Positions 25,619 to 29,150 of a stretch of 29,150 bases of DNA are shown one piece after another; the first letter of the stretch is position 1; each line of letters opens with the position of its first letter. The DNA is from Bdellovibrionales bacterium (lineage in GTDB: Bacteria; Bdellovibrionota; JAFGOL01), in NCBI GenBank assembly GCA_022710165.1, contig JAKLHL010000001.1:1-29150 (forward strand), given 5' to 3'. Both the position numbers and the translations under genes were made by a program. The notes below the pieces were generated by a model. It worked only from the letters and a program-made list of their open reading frames with translations. It was not told the origin of the DNA and did no database searches.

Positions 25619-27742
25619 TTATACACGGCTCATTTTATAAGTTTCTCTTATCTCGAACTCCGCTTGTTTTCCCTTGTTCCATTGTCTTACCGGTCTGTAA
25701 AAACCGACGACCCTTGAGAATACCTCTGTATCACAATGTCCGTTATCATTTGGGCACTTGTCGTGCCTGCCAGTTATATATCCATGATTTGAGCAGACTG
25801 TGAAAGTTGGTGATATCGTAAAATAAGGAAGATGGAAATTAGATGTTATCTTTTTAACAAGGTTCTTGCAGGATTCAGAGGAATCCATCGCTTCGCCTAT
25901 GAAACCATGCAACACGGTACCGCCGGTGTACTGAGTTTGAAGATCGTCCTGCTGTTTTAGGGCTTCAAATATGTCGCTTGTAAAATCAACCGGCAGATGT
26001 GTCGAGTTCGTATAGAACGGGATCTCCTTCCCTTGAGTCCTTATCTCTGGGAATTTTTTCTTATCAAGCTGTGCTAGTCTGTATGAAGTTCCCTCTGCAG
26101 GGGTGGCTTCAAGATTATAAAGATGTTTTGTCTCTATCTGATATTCCCTCATCCTTTCTCTCATCAGGGTCAATATCTCTTTAGAGAACCTGTGGCCTCT
26201 TTCTGTGGTTATGGTTTCCCCGAAAAGATTAAGACAGGCTTCGTTCATTCCAACCAATCCTATAGTAGAAAAATGGTTCGCCCAGTAACTTCCATGATGC
26301 TGATATATTGGTTCAAGATATATCTTGGAGACTGGATAAAGGTTGTGGTCCATCAATTTGTCGAGGACCTTTCTCTTTATTTCCAATGAGTCTTTAGCCT
26401 TGTCCATCAGATCAATAAGGCGCTCTTTGAACTCTTTCTCGTCTGCAGAAAGATAACCAAGTCTAGGCATATTTATTGTAACAACACCTATAGAACCCGT
26501 CATAGGATTTGAGCCAAAAAGCCCTCCACCCCTTGCAACAAGCTCTCTGTTATCAAGTCTCAGCCTGCAGCACATGGACCTTGCATCCTCTGGCTTCATG
26601 TCGCTGTTAACGTAGTTAGAGAAATATGGGATACCGTACTTTTTTGTCATGTCCCAAAGGAAATCATATTTTGGGTTATCCCATTCAAAATCCTTTGTGA
26701 TGTTATATGTCGGGATAGGGAAAGAAAAGATCCTTCCCATTGCATCGCCGGCCATAAGGACTTCGCAGAAAGCCCTGTTTATCATTATCATCTCTTCGTG
26801 GAAATCCTTATAGGTATCCGTTGGATGAAGAGTCCCGCCCCAGACCACAGGTTCGTCCCTGTGAGTAGACGGTACTTCAAGGTCCATGGTTATATTTGTA
26901 AAAGGTGTCTGGAAGCCAACCCTTGTAGGAACGTTCATATTGAATATGAACTCCTGCATAGCCTGTTTTATTTCTGCATATGAAAGCCCGTCGTACTTAA
27001 CGAATGGTGCAAGATAAGTATCAAAGTTTGAGAAAGCCTGAGCACCAGCTGATTCTCCCTGTAGAGTATAGAAGAAATTAACTATCTGGCCCAAGGCCGC
27101 CCTAAAATGTTTTGCCGGTTTACTCTGAACCTGTCCATAACTTCCTCTAAATCCTTTTAGCAAAAGCTCCTTAAGGTCCCAGCCGCAGCAATAGGTGCTG
27201 ACCAGGCCAAGATCATGAAGATGAAAATCACCCTCGCTGTGAGCTTCACGTATCTCTGCAGGGTATATCTTGTTAAGCCAGTAAAGGGCGGATACTTTAG
27301 ATGAGATGTAGTTATTCAAGCCCTGCAGGGAGTAACCCATGTTGCTGTTCTCTTTTATCCTCCAATCATCCCTTCCAAGATATTCATCAATTACTTCTAT
27401 AGAGTCCATCAAAAAATCCTTGGACTCTCTTATCTTTCTTCTCTGTTCTCTGTATAGTATGAAAGCCTTGGCCGTTTTTGCATGGCCAAGCTCTATCAGG
27501 GTTTTCTCGACCAGGTCTTGTATCTCTTCTACGTTAGGGGTTGTCCCGCTGGCTGCGTGCCTTTGGACCAGCATTTGATAAATATGGTACGCAACATGAT
27601 CTGCTATTTTAGTATCTTTTCCACCAACAGCTTTAGCTGCTTTAAAGATAGCGTGTGATATCTTTTTCTCGTCAAAAGGAACAGTTTGGCCATCCCTCTT
27701 TACGACGTACAATAGCGAACCCGAATTTGTAGTATTTGACAT
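25619..27742 (-). CDS. nrdD: Class III (anaerobic) ribonucleoside-triphosphate reductase with N-terminal ATP cone
   Basis: VVKRDG..FDEKKI ATP cone; KENSNM, HLHDL, YCCGW, AGAQAF, SMCCRL, YNLEATPAEG, QTQYTGGT; C-terminal metal site and glycyl-radical loop SRVVGFYRP. Confidence 0.97.
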   Translation of the reverse strand: MSNTTNSGSLLYVVKRDGQTVPFDEKKISHAIFKAAKAVGGKDTKIADHVAYHIYQMLVQRHAASGTTPNVEEIQDLVEKTLIELGHAKTAKAFILYREQRRKIRESKDFLMDSIEVIDEYLGRDDWRIKENSNMGYSLQGLNNYISSKVSALYWLNKIYPAEIREAHSEGDFHLHDLGLVSTYCCGWDLKELLLKGFRGSYGQVQSKPAKHFRAALGQIVNFFYTLQGESAGAQAFSNFDTYLAPFVKYDGLSYAEIKQAMQEFIFNMNVPTRVGFQTPFTNITMDLEVPSTHRDEPVVWGGTLHPTDTYKDFHEEMIMINRAFCEVLMAGDAMGRIFSFPIPTYNITKDFEWDNPKYDFLWDMTKKYGIPYFSNYVNSDMKPEDARSMCCRLRLDNRELVARGGGLFGSNPMTGSIGVVTINMPRLGYLSADEKEFKERLIDLMDKAKDSLEIKRKVLDKLMDHNLYPVSKIYLEPIYQHHGSYWANHFSTIGLVGMNEACLNLFGETITTERGHRFSKEILTLMRERMREYQIETKHLYNLEATPAEGTSYRLAQLDKKKFPEIRTQGKEIPFYTNSTHLPVDFTSDIFEALKQQDDLQTQYTGGTVLHGFIGEAMDSSESCKNLVKKITSNFHLPYFTISPTFTVCSNHGYITGRHDKCPNDNGHCDTEVFSRVVGFYRPVRQWNKGKQAEFEIRETYKMSRV

Positions 27743-27921
27743 ATAAAACCCCCATAACCCGTAACGAAAATACTACACGTTTTAAAATTACAGTTCCATA
27801 TTTTTACTAAAATCGAACTAAAATTTTTATAAAACACCTAAGTATCTGAAATATAATAAAAATGATTTTAACTGCCAGAAGACGTGATAAAATATCATTG
27901 ACAAAAAAAGGAGTTTTAGGA

Positions 27922-28344
27922 ATGGCACGAATAGGAGTGATATCGGACACGCACGGCAGTTTGTCGTCTAAGATATTCGACATTTTCAAGGATGTTGACC
28001 TGATAATACACGCAGGGGACATAGGGAAAGACGAGATAATAACTGAACTTGAGACCATAGCCAGAGTAAGTGCCGTCCACGGCAATATAGATGGCCACGA
28101 TCTACTTAATAGATACCCAAGGCAGATGGTCTTAGATGAGTTCGGATTAAAGATACACGTCTCACATAAGGACAGTCACAGCGCCGGATCTGTGGATATA
28201 GCCATACAGGGCCACACACATTTGGCAGAAATTAAAAGGGAGCTAGGAAAACTTTACATCAACCCCGGAAAAGCATCAGATTCAGTCGTTATATTGGAAA
28301 TAGACGACAGGTCTATTATAGATTCAAAGATAGTGTTCCTTTGA
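27922..28344 (+). CDS. YfcE/MJ0936-family metallophosphoesterase
   Basis: ISDTHG, HAGD, HGNID, GHTH, INPG. Start set at MARIG (27922) with AGGAG upstream; the listed 27862 start is probably too long. Confidence 0.9.
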   Translation: MARIGVISDTHGSLSSKIFDIFKDVDLIIHAGDIGKDEIITELETIARVSAVHGNIDGHDLLNRYPRQMVLDEFGLKIHVSHKDSHSAGSVDIAIQGHTHLAEIKRELGKLYINPGKASDSVVILEIDDRSIIDSKIVFL

Positions 28345-28352
28345 TCTTTGAC

Positions 28353-29042
28353 CTAGAGATCCTTTTTACATTCATCTATGCAGTTATCAGTAAGGAGGCC
28401 ATACTCCTTACCTATAATTAAAAGCCTTTCTACTTCTTCCTTTGGCAGTGGAGGTACTCCTCCAAGCATCTTTGCAACAACACCAGTAAGGGCTGCATTC
28501 TCCAGCCTTTCAAGCTTGTTGTAAGCGCTGTATATGTCACTCCCTACAGTCAGGACACCGTGCCTTTTAAGTACAACAGCGTCGAAATTCTTTATATACC
28601 CTTCTATTATGTCGGCGTTCTGTGGACTTCCGACCGTAGAGTAGGCGGTAACGGGAATGCTGCCCATGGTGACCACGACTTCTGGAAGCACATCTACAGG
28701 AGGTTTAACATCAGCGACGGTATATGCTGTAATATATGGCGGATGAGAGTGAATAACGGCATTAATATCCGGCCTTAATTTATATGCCCTTAAATGCATC
28801 CTCCATTCAGATGATGGCTTTAACTTTTTATTACCTGATATTACTTTTGCATTCTCATCTATTACTATAAGGTCACTAGCCTTCATAAATGCCTTGTTCA
28901 GACCGCTTGGGGTCATAAGGAACTTGTTCTTTGCTACCTTGATGCTTATATTGCCATCCGTGGCACAGATAAAGCCTTTGGCGTTCATGAGCTTAGCCAC
29001 CTCTATTATGCTGGCTTTAAGGTTTTTGAGGTCTTTTTCCAT
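28353..29042 (-). CDS. Class II aldolase/adducin family protein (FucA/MtnB-like)
   Basis: TDGNIS, TPSG, KPSSEWRMH, AVIHSHPP, VLKRHG, ERLE: catalytic Glu and three Zn-binding His present. Confidence 0.92.
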   Translation of the reverse strand: MEKDLKNLKASIIEVAKLMNAKGFICATDGNISIKVAKNKFLMTPSGLNKAFMKASDLIVIDENAKVISGNKKLKPSSEWRMHLRAYKLRPDINAVIHSHPPYITAYTVADVKPPVDVLPEVVVTMGSIPVTAYSTVGSPQNADIIEGYIKNFDAVVLKRHGVLTVGSDIYSAYNKLERLENAALTGVVAKMLGGVPPLPKEEVERLLIIGKEYGLLTDNCIDECKKDL

Positions 29043-29075
29043 TGCTTAGAACCCTCCAAAACAGTGTTTAAGCCC

Positions 29076-29084
29076 CTTATACCA
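29076..29084 (-). promoter_or_regulatory. Candidate extended -10 promoter (TG-n-TATAAG) for the aldolase gene
   Basis: TGGTATAAG about 35 nt upstream of the ATG; GGAGG SD present; no convincing -35. Confidence 0.25.
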
Positions 29085-29098
29085 GAGGAATTAAATTA

Positions 29099-29127
29099 TT
29101 GACATGATTAAAGCCTTTTGTTAGTTT
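29099..29127 (+). promoter_or_regulatory. Candidate sigma70 promoter pointing out of the window
   Basis: TTGACA (29099-29104), exactly 17 nt, then TAGTTT (29122-29127). Suggests a divergent gene beyond the right edge. Confidence 0.4.
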
Positions 29128-29150
29128 CTCCGCTTGTTTGTGGGTCGTTA

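Noticed and set aside
25619-27742. Intein or group I intron in nrdD, and the unusual C-terminal CPNDNGHC metal site
   Set aside because: The ORF has normal length with no insertion; the wider Cys spacing is a minor variation of the CxxH...CxxC site.
27743-27921. Canonical tandem NrdR boxes upstream of nrdD
   Set aside because: Only half-site similarity was found; the conserved right-half positions and standard tandem spacing are not met.
583-28778. Many short ORFs (60-150 aa) in the six-frame track that overlap larger genes, e.g. 10823-11239, 11286-11627, 12158-12574, 7791-8234
   Set aside because: They lie antisense to or out of frame within well-supported genes, have no recognisable motifs and no independent RBS: shadow ORFs.
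1-29150. CRISPR array, tRNA, rRNA or IS element
   Set aside because: The window is almost fully coding; no spaced direct repeats, cloverleaf-like segments or transposase motifs were seen.

Overview
AT-rich bacterial chromosomal window (Bdellovibrionota/Myxococcota/Desulfobacterota-like gene content, inferred from RNase Y + YmdB, a GYF_2-TPR membrane protein and class III RNR). Left (+ strand, 1-10682): a tightly coupled gene run with the order and folds of complex I subunits nuoD-H-I-J-K-L-M-N. The genes are intact but extremely diverged: by eye the quinone-site residues and most proton-pumping residues are missing, while the NuoI Fe-S cysteines are all kept. A 968-aa GYF_2-TM-TPR gene and serS follow directly. 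Middle (- strand, 24907 down to 10679): a closely packed run headed by an unusual MerR-like HTH::ketol-acid reductoisomerase fusion with a perfect 14-bp palindrome over its start codon, then panB-coaX-coaBC-panC-panD-thioesterase-ribD-ribE-ribBA-ribH-DUF47-pit-ftsY-zapA-rny-ymdB. Right: nrdD-nrdG (class III RNR), a YfcE-type phosphoesterase and a class II aldolase. No rRNA, tRNA, CRISPR array or mobile element was seen. The two strongest leads are the degenerate complex I-like operon and the HTH-KARI fusion with its candidate operator. All alignments were done by eye; no database search was run.
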